64,000 nt of DNA from an uncultured Verrucomicrobiae bacterium (lineage in GTDB: Bacteria; Verrucomicrobiota; Verrucomicrobiia; Opitutales; JABDGR01), in NCBI GenBank assembly GCA_963765205.1, contig CAVXVB010000005.1:96001-160000 (forward strand). The letters are read 5' to 3'. Below are positions 38,984 through 48,984 of the stretch, one piece after another. The notes beneath the pieces were generated by a model, which saw only the letters and a program-made list of their open reading frames with translations, searched no databases and was not told where the DNA came from. The translations under genes were made by a program, and so were the position numbers. Within the stretch, counting starts at the first letter, position 1. Each line of letters opens with the position of its first letter.

Positions 38984-40147
38984 ATGAATGCTGCCCCCGC
39001 CTTTTCCCTGAATGCCGCCGGCTCGCCGCGCCCCGACGCCTGGTCCGACATGGGCCAGGCCGGGGCGCGCTCCGGCTGGGCGGCCCACGCCTGGTGGCTG
39101 CTGTGGCACTGGGTGCTGCCGCCCGAGATGCAGCGGACGCGGCCGACGCGCGCGGGCGTGGTGTTGATGGCGGTGGCCTTCGGCATCGGGCTGGCGGCTT
39201 ACAACAACGCGAATAATGTGTTGTTCATGGCGCTGTCGCTGCTGTTGTCGAGCCTGGTGCTCAGCGGCCTGCTGTCATGGATGAATTTTCGCGGGGTGCG
39301 CTGGCGCCTGCGCCTGCCCGCGCACTGGCGGGCGGGCGAGCCGGGGCTGGCCCGGCTCGAACTGGCCAACGCCAAAAAAATCACCCCGACTTACAGTCTA
39401 TTATTCCACGCCCGCGCCCGCCGCCTCGGCGCGGCCTCCCCCCAGCCGCTCACCGACCGCCTGGACGCCGGGCGCGAGACCGCCCTCGAGTGGATTTTCG
39501 CGCCGCGCGAGCGCGGAAGCGAGACGATTGAGGTTGCCGGGGCCGAGTCGCAATTTCCCTTTGGCTTCCTGCGCAAAATGGCCGGCGGCAGTCTGCGGCA
39601 GGAGGTATGGGTGTGGCCCGCACGGGTCGCCTATGAATTCCTGCCACCCCTGAGCCGCCAGCCACGCCAGGCTGGCGACACGCAGCGCCGCCCCGGCCCC
39701 GGCGCGGATTTACTGGGCATCCGGCCCTACCGCCCGGGCGATGCGCCGCGGCTGGTGCATTGGAAGGCGAGCGCGCGCTTGCGCGCACTGGTCGTGCGGC
39801 AGACGGGCGAGGAGCAGAAATCCGGCTACCACCTGGTCGTTGAGCCGACGCGGGCGTTGTGGCCCGACGCGGCCCAGTTTGAGAAACTGTGTGGGCTCGC
39901 GGCGAGCCTCGCCGAGGATTTGTTCACCGCCGGCCTTTTGCGCGCGGCGACGGTGCAGGGCGGCGTAACCCAGAATATTACGCGGCTGACCGATTTGCAT
40001 TCATTTTTTGACCAGTTGGCAAAACTGGCCCCGGCGGAGCACGCCGCGGGCGGCACGCCGGCCGGCCACGATGTCATCACCTTTCAGCCGGGCTCCCGGC
40101 AACAAGTCCATGTCTACCTCGGCGGACAACTCGCGGGTGCGGCTTAG
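38984..40147 (+). CDS. DUF58 family membrane protein
   Basis: IRPYRPGDAPRLVHWKASAR; follows moxR. Confidence 0.9.
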   Translation: MNAAPAFSLNAAGSPRPDAWSDMGQAGARSGWAAHAWWLLWHWVLPPEMQRTRPTRAGVVLMAVAFGIGLAAYNNANNVLFMALSLLLSSLVLSGLLSWMNFRGVRWRLRLPAHWRAGEPGLARLELANAKKITPTYSLLFHARARRLGAASPQPLTDRLDAGRETALEWIFAPRERGSETIEVAGAESQFPFGFLRKMAGGSLRQEVWVWPARVAYEFLPPLSRQPRQAGDTQRRPGPGADLLGIRPYRPGDAPRLVHWKASARLRALVVRQTGEEQKSGYHLVVEPTRALWPDAAQFEKLCGLAASLAEDLFTAGLLRAATVQGGVTQNITRLTDLHSFFDQLAKLAPAEHAAGGTPAGHDVITFQPGSRQQVHVYLGGQLAGAA

Positions 40148-42461
40148 CCACGACGAATTGCACCAGCTTCGCTGGCTCCTCGGCCTGGTGCTTGTGCTCC
40201 TGGCTTTTTGGACATTGTTTGGCTTGGAATTCGGCGGCCTGGTTTGGCGGACGTTGTTTTTTGCGACGGCGGTGTCGGCGCTGGCGTTTCCCGGCTGGCC
40301 GGGGCGGATTCCGGCCTGGATTGGGCGGTGGTCGCTGATTCTGGGCGCGGCGGCGCTGTTTTCGCAGTTCATCGCCACGCAGTTCGACCTGGTGTCGGGC
40401 CTGGTGCTGATGGTGTCGCTGCTGGCGCTCTCGCGCGGGTTGCAATACCGCCGGTTGCGCGAGGACTGGCAGCTCATCCTGCTGTGTTTGTTTATTATTG
40501 TCCTGGTTGGTGTGCTGACATTGTCCCTGCTGTTCGGGTTGCAAATCCTGCTCTTCACGATTGTCACCATGGCGATGTTATTCGTGATGAATCTCGTGCA
40601 GGGCGACGCGGGCCGGGCGCTGGCGCGGGAGGATTGGAAAAACTTCCACTGGCCGCATTTCCTGCGCCGGGTGCGCGGCGCGCTGGACATGCGGCAGTTG
40701 CTCCAGGCGACCGGGTTGTTTGGCGGCCTGGTGCTGGTGGGCACGATTATCTTCATCTCCATGCCGCGCTACCAGTTCGAGCAGTCCTTCAGCTTTCCCA
40801 GCATGAAGGGCGTGTCCGGCTTCAATGACCATGTGACATACAAGGAATCGTGGAGCGTGGACCCCGACGATTCCATCGCCTTCCGGGTGGATGCGCCGCC
40901 GGGGATCAGCTTTTCGACCTACCCGTATTGGCGCATGATTGTGCTGGATGAATACAAGGACGATGGCTTCCAGCTTTCGGCCGGGCTGCAAAGGAGCGGT
41001 TTCAGCTCGGTGGTCCGCTACCCGGATTCCGCGAGCTCCTACGAGGAACACTCCCGCGCAGCCGACGCCCAGCCCGGCACCTGGAAAATTTACCTCGAAG
41101 GCAACGTCAGCGAATACCTGCCCGTGCTCGGCCCCTTTGACTTGCTGACCTTCAGCACGCGCCAGGACTTTCGCGCCAACGAGGACGTGAGTGTTTACCG
41201 CACGGCCTCCGCCTCGCCCAAGGTGCTGGGCTATGAAATTGAAAGCATGAGTTCCGGGGACACGATTCCCACCGGGCGCAAGGAACGGCCCGGCTTCGAG
41301 GCCGATTTCACGCTGACGGCGGCCGATGCGAAGCGCGCCCATGGCCTGCCAATCGTTTATCCCTATACTTACCTCGGACTGCCGAATCAGACCAATAGCC
41401 TGACGAAGGTTAACGACCGGACCATTATTGACGGGTTGCGGGACAAAATCCTCGCCAGCATCCAGGGCCAAATCAACACCGAGCTGGCGCGGCAACCCGC
41501 CCGCAACCGCGCCGACGTGACCCGTGAGGTTTACCTTAATGCGGTCATGGACTATTTGCTGAAGAACCATGTGCCGTCCATGGAGATGAATTTGGACGGC
41601 ACGGAGCAGAGCGGCCACGATCTGCTGGTGCGTTGGATGAATACACCGATGAGCAAGGGCTGGTGCGAATTATACGCCGGCGCCTTTGTGCTGTTGGCGC
41701 GCGATGGCGGCTATCCCGCCCGCGTGGTCAGCGGCTACAAGGGCGTGGCCTTTAACCCCATTGAAAGTTATTACGTGGTGCGGCAAAGCATGGCTCACGC
41801 CTGGGCCGAAGTCTTTGACGGTCGGGACCACTGGGTGCGCTACGACCCCTCGCCAGGGGCCAGCGCCACCGGTGCCGGCGGGCAGCCCGGCCTCGTCCTC
41901 GCCGGCCCGGTTTTGGAAAGCGGCATGGGCGCGTTTTTGGACAGCCTGCGCATGATCTGGTATCGCCGCGTCATCAACTTCGACCAGACCGACCAGCAGG
42001 AGTTGGCGGCGAAAGTGGCGGACTATGGCAAGAATCTGGCGGCGGCGCTGGGGCTGTGGTTCGCCCGCCACTGGGCGGCCCTGCGGGGCTGGTTCCGCGG
42101 GCCGCTCACGCCCATGCGCATTGAGGCGCTGGCGGGCGCGGTGCTGGCGGTGACGCTCGCCTGGCGCCAGCGCCACGCCTTGCGGAACCTCTGGTTGCGC
42201 GGGAGCGGGTGGATTTTGCTCGGGCGCGCCCACGGCCTGCCGCCGGTGCGGCTTGACGCCGGCCGCTGGCTCCGGCGCTTCCAGCCCGTCTGGCAGGCCC
42301 GCGCCCCGGCGCTGCCCACCCCCGAACGCGCGCAGTGGGACGGCGTGCGGCGCGACCTTCTCGCCCTGCGCTACGGCCCGCTTGACCAACCGCCCGACGC
42401 GGCCAAGACTTTCCAGTTGGCGAAAGAATTATTGCGCGCGGCGCGGCAAGCCACGGGTTAA
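40110..42461 (+). CDS. Membrane transglutaminase-like protein (DUF3488 + transglutaminase, TgpA-like)
   Basis: Multi-TM N-terminus; GWCELYA (Cys), AHAWAEV (His), YDPSP (Asp). Confidence 0.9.
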   Translation: MSTSADNSRVRLSHDELHQLRWLLGLVLVLLAFWTLFGLEFGGLVWRTLFFATAVSALAFPGWPGRIPAWIGRWSLILGAAALFSQFIATQFDLVSGLVLMVSLLALSRGLQYRRLREDWQLILLCLFIIVLVGVLTLSLLFGLQILLFTIVTMAMLFVMNLVQGDAGRALAREDWKNFHWPHFLRRVRGALDMRQLLQATGLFGGLVLVGTIIFISMPRYQFEQSFSFPSMKGVSGFNDHVTYKESWSVDPDDSIAFRVDAPPGISFSTYPYWRMIVLDEYKDDGFQLSAGLQRSGFSSVVRYPDSASSYEEHSRAADAQPGTWKIYLEGNVSEYLPVLGPFDLLTFSTRQDFRANEDVSVYRTASASPKVLGYEIESMSSGDTIPTGRKERPGFEADFTLTAADAKRAHGLPIVYPYTYLGLPNQTNSLTKVNDRTIIDGLRDKILASIQGQINTELARQPARNRADVTREVYLNAVMDYLLKNHVPSMEMNLDGTEQSGHDLLVRWMNTPMSKGWCELYAGAFVLLARDGGYPARVVSGYKGVAFNPIESYYVVRQSMAHAWAEVFDGRDHWVRYDPSPGASATGAGGQPGLVLAGPVLESGMGAFLDSLRMIWYRRVINFDQTDQQELAAKVADYGKNLAAALGLWFARHWAALRGWFRGPLTPMRIEALAGAVLAVTLAWRQRHALRNLWLRGSGWILLGRAHGLPPVRLDAGRWLRRFQPVWQARAPALPTPERAQWDGVRRDLLALRYGPLDQPPDAAKTFQLAKELLRAARQATG

Positions 42462-42471
42462 AATCGGTTAT

Positions 42472-42562
42472 GGGTTGCAAGTTGCAGGCTGCAAATTGCA
42501 AGTTAAAGTCCGTCAGGATTGGTCTTAAAACCTGCAACTTACAACCTTCCAACCTGCAACCC
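42472..42562. repeat. Inverted pair of GTTGCAA/AACCTGC heptamer arrays
   Basis: ggttgcaagttgcaggctgcaaattgcaagtt ... aacctgcaacttacaaccttccaacctgcaacc. Confidence 0.8.
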
Positions 42563-42573
42563 TCACCGTCCCC

Positions 42574-43347
42574 ATGTCCACCCTCGTCTCCTGGAATGTC
42601 AACGGCCTGCGCTCGGCGCTGGGCAAGGGACTGCTTTCCTTCGTCGAACAACGCGCGCCGGACGTGCTGTGCCTGCAGGAGATCAAGTTGTCGGGCGAGC
42701 ATGTGCCGACGCTGGCACTGCCGTTCGCGCACCAATACTGGAGCCACGCGGCGAAGCCCGGTTATTCCGGCACGGCGATTTTGTCGCGCGTCGAGCCGCG
42801 GCGCGTGCTGCGCGATTTTCCGGGGCAGCACGCGCACCCGGCTGAGGGCCGCGTGCTGGCGGCGGAATTCGCGGGTTTTTGGCTGGTCAATGTGTATGTG
42901 CCGAATTCGCGGCGCGAGCTGGTGCGCCTGCCCTATCGGCAAAAGGAGTGGGACCCGGCCCTGCGCGAATTCCTCACCGCGCTCGCGCGCGAAAAGCCCG
43001 TCGTCGTCTGCGGCGATTTCAACGTTGCGCACGAGGAGATTGACCTCGCCAACCCGGCGTCAAACCGCCGCAACGCCGGCTTCACCGACGAGGAGCGCGC
43101 CGGTTTCACCGCCCTGCTTGGCGCGGGTTTCGTGGATGTGTTCCGCGCGCGGCATCCGGGCGAAAAGGGCCATTATTCGTGGTGGACCTTCCGCGCGAAC
43201 GCTCGTGCCCGCAACATCGGGTGGCGCATTGATTATTTCCTCGTCTCGACGCCGCTGGCAAAAAAAGTGCGCGACGCCTTCATCTGGCCGGAAGTCACCG
43301 GCTCGGATCACTGCCCCGTGGGGATTGAGTTGAGCGGGAAAATGTGA
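42574..43347 (+). CDS. xth: Exodeoxyribonuclease III / AP endonuclease
   Basis: SWNVNGLR, LCLQEIK, CGDFNVAH, GWRIDY, SDHCP. Confidence 0.95.
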   Translation: MSTLVSWNVNGLRSALGKGLLSFVEQRAPDVLCLQEIKLSGEHVPTLALPFAHQYWSHAAKPGYSGTAILSRVEPRRVLRDFPGQHAHPAEGRVLAAEFAGFWLVNVYVPNSRRELVRLPYRQKEWDPALREFLTALAREKPVVVCGDFNVAHEEIDLANPASNRRNAGFTDEERAGFTALLGAGFVDVFRARHPGEKGHYSWWTFRANARARNIGWRIDYFLVSTPLAKKVRDAFIWPEVTGSDHCPVGIELSGKM

Positions 43348-43460
43348 AATTGTGCGAGGAACAGGCGGAGTTTTTTTACCACGGATAACCCAGGCGCTTG
43401 CGCCGGGAGTTACACGGATAACACGGATTCCAAAAATCCATGGATGGCGTTCGAGCAATT

Positions 43461-46442
43461 CTATAGTCCATAACGAGAAGCTATCACCTGTTTCTGGGCC
43501 GGGGTGAGCGGGGCGTCTTGCAGGTCGCGGGCGGCGGCGACAGGGTCCGTCTTCGCAACATAGCCGACAACCGTTCCGATTGTAGAGGCACGCACCACGT
43601 CATTGTCAATTTTAGCCGCCCATTGCAGGGCATTCGCAGGGTGGCGAGCGGTTTGAAAAGCAACGATGCCCGAGAGAGCCAAATCGCGTGATTGTCCGGC
43701 TGGAAGGTTGCTGGCCCATTGCTTGGCTGCCACATCGTCGCGAGCTTCATAGTTTGAAACCACTGTCATAATCGCAGGGGCATTCGTCGGGATGTCGCCA
43801 GGCAGATTGATGACGGCCGCCGCCGCCGCTGCCGGATCGTTTTGACTCCATGTCGTGGCCACCGAAAGCAGGAGTTTGTTGGCGTTGGTGCCGGCGGGCA
43901 GGTTTTGCGCATATTGCCACGCATCTTCAGGATTCGTCGTGGTCCAACTCGTGATGGAGGCGGACACGGCGCTATCCTGCGCCGCCCCCGGCGACAGCGA
44001 TTCGGCCCATGTCAGGGCGGCGGCCCCGTCGCTCTGTGTCCACAATTTGGCAACTACACCGACCACACTTTTTAAGCTTGAATCCCCGGCGAGGGTTTCT
44101 GCGTAAGCTGCTGCGCTGGCCGGGTCAAGCGTGGCCCAACTGGTAATGACGTTTTCATAGGCCGTAAGCCGGGTGCCGGGGGTAACGTCCGCCGGCAGAT
44201 TTTGCAGCCATTGAACAGCCGCATTGACATCGGTCATGGCCAGGTTGGTGGCCAAATTATTGATGGCGGTGTGACGGGCCAAGGTTTCGGGCAATCCGTC
44301 GACCAAATCAATGGCGGCGATGGGGTCGGAGATGGCGAGCTGGTTGGCCGCGCTGGTCAAAGCGGTGGTTTGCACGGCCCCGCTCAAATTAGTGTTGATC
44401 CAGGCTATGGCCGCGGTGGGATCGAGACTGGCCCAATTGCCGATGGCGGTTTGCAAATATTTATCCTGATTCGCTCCGGCTGGAAGTTGCGTGATGAAAT
44501 TAAGGGCGGAAAGCGGGTCGCTTTTGCTCATTTGGTCCAGAACTTTTCCAACGGTTGAATCATAAGCATAGCCGGTGGCGTTCTGGCCAAGCCAGGCGAG
44601 GGCGGCCGCCGGGTCCGTATTGGCCCAGGAGGTGGCGAAGGAGGAGATCATGGTGTCGCGGGTGCTGCCCACCGGCATTTGCGCCAGATAGTCACCCGCC
44701 GCCGCGGGGTCTTGCGCGGCGAGGCCATTCAGGCTTCGGGCAATGGCGGCGGTGCGCTCGAAGCCTGGCGGAAAGGCCTGCGCCGCCTGCAAGGCTGCGG
44801 CGGGGTCGGTTCGCCCCCACGAATCAAAGACGCTCTCAATGGCATTCGTGCGAGTCTTGCCAGCCGGCAGATTTTGGAGGGCCGCGTTGGCGGCCACAGG
44901 GTCGTCCAGACCCCATTTCTGAAAGACGGTGCTGTAAGTGTCTGGATTCTGATAGCCCATGGGCATATTGCGGAGAGCGTCGAAGGCGGCCTGGGGGTCG
45001 CTGGCGGCCAGATTGCGGATGATAATGTTTTCCACTGTATTGCGAGTGCCTACGTTGCCGATTTGATTCAGCGCTCCCAAGGCCGCCTGGGGGTCTTGGA
45101 GCGACCACACATTAAATAGAGTTTGGGTCAGGTTGGCAGTCGCCATGCCGGGAGGGAGGTTTTTCATCGCGGCGAAGGCCACCATGGGATCACCACCCTG
45201 AACCCAAGTGCCCAGCACCTCAGCGATTGAATCAGCACGGAATGAGGCACGTTCCAGATTAGCCGCCGCATCCAGAGCGGCTTTGGGGTCAGTCCCGGCC
45301 CAGGTGCTAAAGACAATAGTGAGGTCGGTGGCGTTACCTTTTCGCGTGCTTGCTATGGTCGCATAGGCCAGCGCGCCTTGGGGATCGGCAACGGCCCATT
45401 TGGCATAGGCGAGTTCTTTGGTGACCTCCGCAATACCAGGTTGCGGACAACTGGTGGCGGAGTCCAGCAATGCACCCAATTGGGATACCGGCGTTTGCTC
45501 TACCAGTTTAGCCAAGGCGGCGAGTTGCGTCCCGCCTTTGTATTTTTTTAGAATTTCGGCGAGCGGCCCCTGCAAATCCCAGGGGACGTTTTTGGGTTTT
45601 GCGTTAGACCTGCCGGTGGACAAATTGGCTGGGGCCGCGCTTTTTTTTGCGACCAGTTGAGATTTCACGGCTGGGGCGGTGTGCTGGCCGAGCTGGAAGG
45701 ACGCGACCGCGAGGGCGATCACGCCGGCGGTCACAAGGACGTTTTTGGTGGAGATGATCATAAAATAGGTTTTGAGGAAGGAACCGGAAAGCAAACCGCC
45801 GCCCACCCTGGCGAGCGAGGCACCCGCCACTTTCGCCGCCAACCCGGCAGACACGGGCGTCGTCGCGTGGGAAGTGAGGGACGAGGCCAGCAAGGCGGCG
45901 GTGGTCGTCACGCCCCGGCTGGAAAAGTGCCGGCGCATTTTTTCGAGGGCGCGGTTCACGCGCTGGCCCGCGGTTTTTTCGTCCACGCGCAGAATCCGCC
46001 CCACTTCGTCGTAGCTTTTGTCCTCAAAAAAGCGCAGCAACAGGGCGTCCTGCTCCGGGCGCTTGAGTTGCTGCATGGCCTCGTCAATCAAGGGGGCGAG
46101 GTGTTCCCAGGCCGGCTCGGCGCCGCTTTGGGTTTCCGTGAGTTTCATGGCGTCGGTTTCTCGTTGCCGCCGCCGTTGCTCCTGGCGCAGGGCGTTGAGC
46201 GCGGTGTGGTGGGTGACGCGGTAAATCCAGCCGGACAAGAGCTGCCCTTCCCGGATCGTCCAGGCCTTCCGCGCCAATTGGATGAAGACGGTCTGGACCA
46301 CGTCCTCCGCCGTTTGCCGATCCGGCACGACCCGCAGCGCCGAGGCGAGGGCAAAGGGCAGATGCCGGGCCACCAATTCGGCGAAGGCGCGCTCCGAATG
46401 GTGCCCGACGTATTCCCGCAATAATTCGCGATCATCCGGCAT
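43461..46442 (-). CDS. ECF sigma-70 factor fused to a TM helix and about 20 WxxxDPxAA helical repeats
   Basis: DRELLREY..AFAELVARH, AEDVVQTVF, LLLRFFE, RALEKMR; hydrophobic segment near aa 235-250; repeats about every 30 aa. Confidence 0.85.
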   Translation of the reverse strand: MPDDRELLREYVGHHSERAFAELVARHLPFALASALRVVPDRQTAEDVVQTVFIQLARKAWTIREGQLLSGWIYRVTHHTALNALRQEQRRRQRETDAMKLTETQSGAEPAWEHLAPLIDEAMQQLKRPEQDALLLRFFEDKSYDEVGRILRVDEKTAGQRVNRALEKMRRHFSSRGVTTTAALLASSLTSHATTPVSAGLAAKVAGASLARVGGGLLSGSFLKTYFMIISTKNVLVTAGVIALAVASFQLGQHTAPAVKSQLVAKKSAAPANLSTGRSNAKPKNVPWDLQGPLAEILKKYKGGTQLAALAKLVEQTPVSQLGALLDSATSCPQPGIAEVTKELAYAKWAVADPQGALAYATIASTRKGNATDLTIVFSTWAGTDPKAALDAAANLERASFRADSIAEVLGTWVQGGDPMVAFAAMKNLPPGMATANLTQTLFNVWSLQDPQAALGALNQIGNVGTRNTVENIIIRNLAASDPQAAFDALRNMPMGYQNPDTYSTVFQKWGLDDPVAANAALQNLPAGKTRTNAIESVFDSWGRTDPAAALQAAQAFPPGFERTAAIARSLNGLAAQDPAAAGDYLAQMPVGSTRDTMISSFATSWANTDPAAALAWLGQNATGYAYDSTVGKVLDQMSKSDPLSALNFITQLPAGANQDKYLQTAIGNWASLDPTAAIAWINTNLSGAVQTTALTSAANQLAISDPIAAIDLVDGLPETLARHTAINNLATNLAMTDVNAAVQWLQNLPADVTPGTRLTAYENVITSWATLDPASAAAYAETLAGDSSLKSVVGVVAKLWTQSDGAAALTWAESLSPGAAQDSAVSASITSWTTTNPEDAWQYAQNLPAGTNANKLLLSVATTWSQNDPAAAAAAVINLPGDIPTNAPAIMTVVSNYEARDDVAAKQWASNLPAGQSRDLALSGIVAFQTARHPANALQWAAKIDNDVVRASTIGTVVGYVAKTDPVAAARDLQDAPLTPAQKQVIASRYGL

Positions 46443-46576
46443 GGGGTGGCTTTTATAATAATGACACCCCCGAGTCTCGGAATACTACAAATTTGTCCAA
46501 TTATTTCATTTACCACGGATGGCACGGATACCATGGATTTCCCAAAAATCCATCCGTGCTCTCCTTGCCCCCGTGG

Positions 46577-47836
46577 TCAATCGGCCAATAATTTCACCAA
46601 TTCGCTTACGGCCTGGGCCGCGCCGTCTTCCGCGCGCATTTGCGTAGCGCAGTCGGTGACGCGGCGCACCAGGGCCACGTCGCGCAAGAGGGTTTCGAGG
46701 GTTTCCTTGAGCGCTTCCGGCCAGGTGGCGCGGGGCAAAACCTTGGCCACGCCGAGCGCCTGCGCGGCATTGGCCCAGAAGAACTGGTCGCCCAGATGCG
46801 GGATGATGATTTGCGGGCGGCCGGCGTGGAGCGCCGCAGCGGTCGTCCCCGCGCCGCCATGATGCACGACGACGGTGGCGTGGGCGAACAGTTGGTCGTG
46901 CGGCACCGCGCCGATGACCAGAACTTCGGGCCGCTGCGGGTCGGCTTGCCAGCCGGCCCAGCCCGCTTGCACGACGAGCGGCGCGCCCCGCGGCCAGGCC
47001 GCGAGCAGACGCGCGAAAATTTCCCGCGCGGCGGCGGGGGCCATGCTGCCGAGGGTGAGCACGGGCAGCGGCGCGCCGGTTTGTTCGAGGGCACGCACTA
47101 GGGCCAATTCGGCGGCGACGCGTTCGTCCACCGGTGGCGACCAGCGGAGAAAGCCGGTGTAGCGGTAATTATCCGGCGGGAAGCCGGGCGGGGGGAAGAG
47201 CGCGGGGGAGACCGCCACGAGCGCGCGGTCGGCGGGGTCGCGCAGAAACCCGCGAAAACGACCGAGCCGGCGCGCTTCCAACTCTGTGCCCGCGTGGCGC
47301 CGCACGATTTTGTCGAGCAGTCTTCCGCCAATGCGCCAGGCGAGCCGGTGGTGAAGTTCCTGGAAAAACTTCGGCGCCCACGCGGGCAGGGCAGGCGCGT
47401 CCTCGGGGGCGGTGCTGGCGAAAGGGATGTTGTTCGGGGAAAATACAAGGGCGGCGCAGGGGCGGCGCGCGGCGCGCGCGGCGTTTTTTAGGAAGGGGAA
47501 CAAGTAGGAAGTCACCAGCACATCGTGGTCGGGCAGGCGCGCCATCGTTTCATCAAGCAGCGGGCCGAAGACGGGCCGCAGTCCAGAATATAGAATATCC
47601 AGTTGTACGAGCCGATTCGGCGTGGTCATCATGCGGGAGACGAGGGCGCTTAAATCCGGCTCGGCTCCGGTGGGCGGGATCGGCGCGAAATCGAGTTGGG
47701 CGTGCGCCGCCTCCACCTGATACCGCGGGCTGGCCAGCAAGGTAACGCCGTGCCCGGCCCGCCGCAGCCCCGCCCCCAGCGCCAAAAACGGACGCACGTC
47801 GCCGGTCGAGCCGAGGGTGGCGAGGAGGAAGCGCAT
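46577..47836 (-). CDS. GT1-family glycosyltransferase (sterol glucosyltransferase-like)
   Basis: GSTGDVRPFLALG, VVHHGGAGTT, DQFFWA. Confidence 0.9.
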   Translation of the reverse strand: MRFLLATLGSTGDVRPFLALGAGLRRAGHGVTLLASPRYQVEAAHAQLDFAPIPPTGAEPDLSALVSRMMTTPNRLVQLDILYSGLRPVFGPLLDETMARLPDHDVLVTSYLFPFLKNAARAARRPCAALVFSPNNIPFASTAPEDAPALPAWAPKFFQELHHRLAWRIGGRLLDKIVRRHAGTELEARRLGRFRGFLRDPADRALVAVSPALFPPPGFPPDNYRYTGFLRWSPPVDERVAAELALVRALEQTGAPLPVLTLGSMAPAAAREIFARLLAAWPRGAPLVVQAGWAGWQADPQRPEVLVIGAVPHDQLFAHATVVVHHGGAGTTAAALHAGRPQIIIPHLGDQFFWANAAQALGVAKVLPRATWPEALKETLETLLRDVALVRRVTDCATQMRAEDGAAQAVSELVKLLAD

Positions 47837-47837
47837 G

Positions 47838-47988
47838 GAGAGGGGCAGAGGGACAGAGGGACAAAGGCACTAAGGGGCCGAAGATGTGGAGTGCAAGCGT
47901 TCTGAGCAAATATTTTATCAGTATCCTAATCTTCGCTGAGCCTCGGGTCTTGTCTCAGCGCCTCTGTCCCTTTGTCCCTCTGTCCCTT
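47838..47988. repeat. Second inverted pair of GAGGGACA octamer arrays
   Basis: gaggggcagagggacagagggacaaaggcac ... cctctgtccctttgtccctctgtccctt. Confidence 0.8.
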
Positions 47989-48001
47989 GGTGTTAGCTCC
48001 T

Positions 48002-48733
48002 TCACAAAAACACCGCCACCGCCGTCAAATTGTCCGGGCCGCCGCGTTCATTGCCGAGCCGAACCAGGCGCGCGACCAGTTTCTCCGGGCTGTCGCCGGA
48101 CCAGACTTCCTCGTTCAGCTCTTCTTCTTGGAAGACCTTGGTGACGCCATCCGTATACAGCAGGAGACGGTCGCCGGCCTGGATGGGCGCGCTAAAGACA
48201 TCCACCTGGATTTCGCCGGCCTGGCCGATGCAGCGGGTGAGCGTGTGGGTGTAATAATCGGGGATATACATGTTGTCGCCGGGGCCCAGGCGGGCGCGCA
48301 TTTCCTCGGCCATGGTGTGGTCGGTGGTCAGCTTGCGCGGGGGTTCGCCCCGTCGGAACTGATACAGACCGCTGTCACCCACATGGCCAACTTCGATCTG
48401 CCCGCGCCCGAGGCGGAAGGCCGTGAGCGTGGTGCCGATGCCCACCTCGCTGCTGACGAGGCGGCCTTCGTCGTTCACGCGCTGGTTGGCGAGGTTGAAC
48501 AGGTAGCGCAAATCCAGCCGGCCGTTGCGGCCCGGCGCGTCAAACCATTTTTGCAGACACTCGACCGCCAGGGTGCTGGCGAGCGCGCCCTCGGGCAGGC
48601 CGCCCAGGCCGTCGGCCACGGCAAAAAAGGCATGGCGGGGCAGCGCGAGGAAGGCGTCCTCGTTATGCTCGCGCATCAAGCCGAGGTCTGATTGCCCAAA
48701 GGCCTTGAAGGAAACGATTGGCGTGTCAGCCAT
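48002..48733 (-). CDS. PP2C/PPM Ser/Thr protein phosphatase
   Basis: REHNED, VADGLGG, HVGDS, LYTDG, GGPDN. Confidence 0.9.
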   Translation of the reverse strand: MADTPIVSFKAFGQSDLGLMREHNEDAFLALPRHAFFAVADGLGGLPEGALASTLAVECLQKWFDAPGRNGRLDLRYLFNLANQRVNDEGRLVSSEVGIGTTLTAFRLGRGQIEVGHVGDSGLYQFRRGEPPRKLTTDHTMAEEMRARLGPGDNMYIPDYYTHTLTRCIGQAGEIQVDVFSAPIQAGDRLLLYTDGVTKVFQEEELNEEVWSGDSPEKLVARLVRLGNERGGPDNLTAVAVFL

Positions 48734-48984
48734 GAGCAAGGAAGTGATAAGGGGTAGCTCCGATCCTGAACGCCGCGAGCACGTGCAGAAGAGGGTGGGA
48801 AAAGAGGAAACGCAACCCCTTAGGTATAAACGATTCGGCGGCGGAAGTAAAGAAGCGCCTTTCAAGGGAATGCGCTATTTTACAATAGGCTTCGAACGAG
48901 CCTGGATGCCTTCCAACCACCTCCATGGCTTAAGCTTGACCCTTGTTTAGAATTATTCTAAATAGTGGCTCCCTTCTCTCCTCT

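Noticed and set aside
48879..48891. TTTACAATAGGCT shared with the tatA promoter
   Set aside because: Single 13-bp match without the upstream part of the 20-mer or a matching -10; could be chance.
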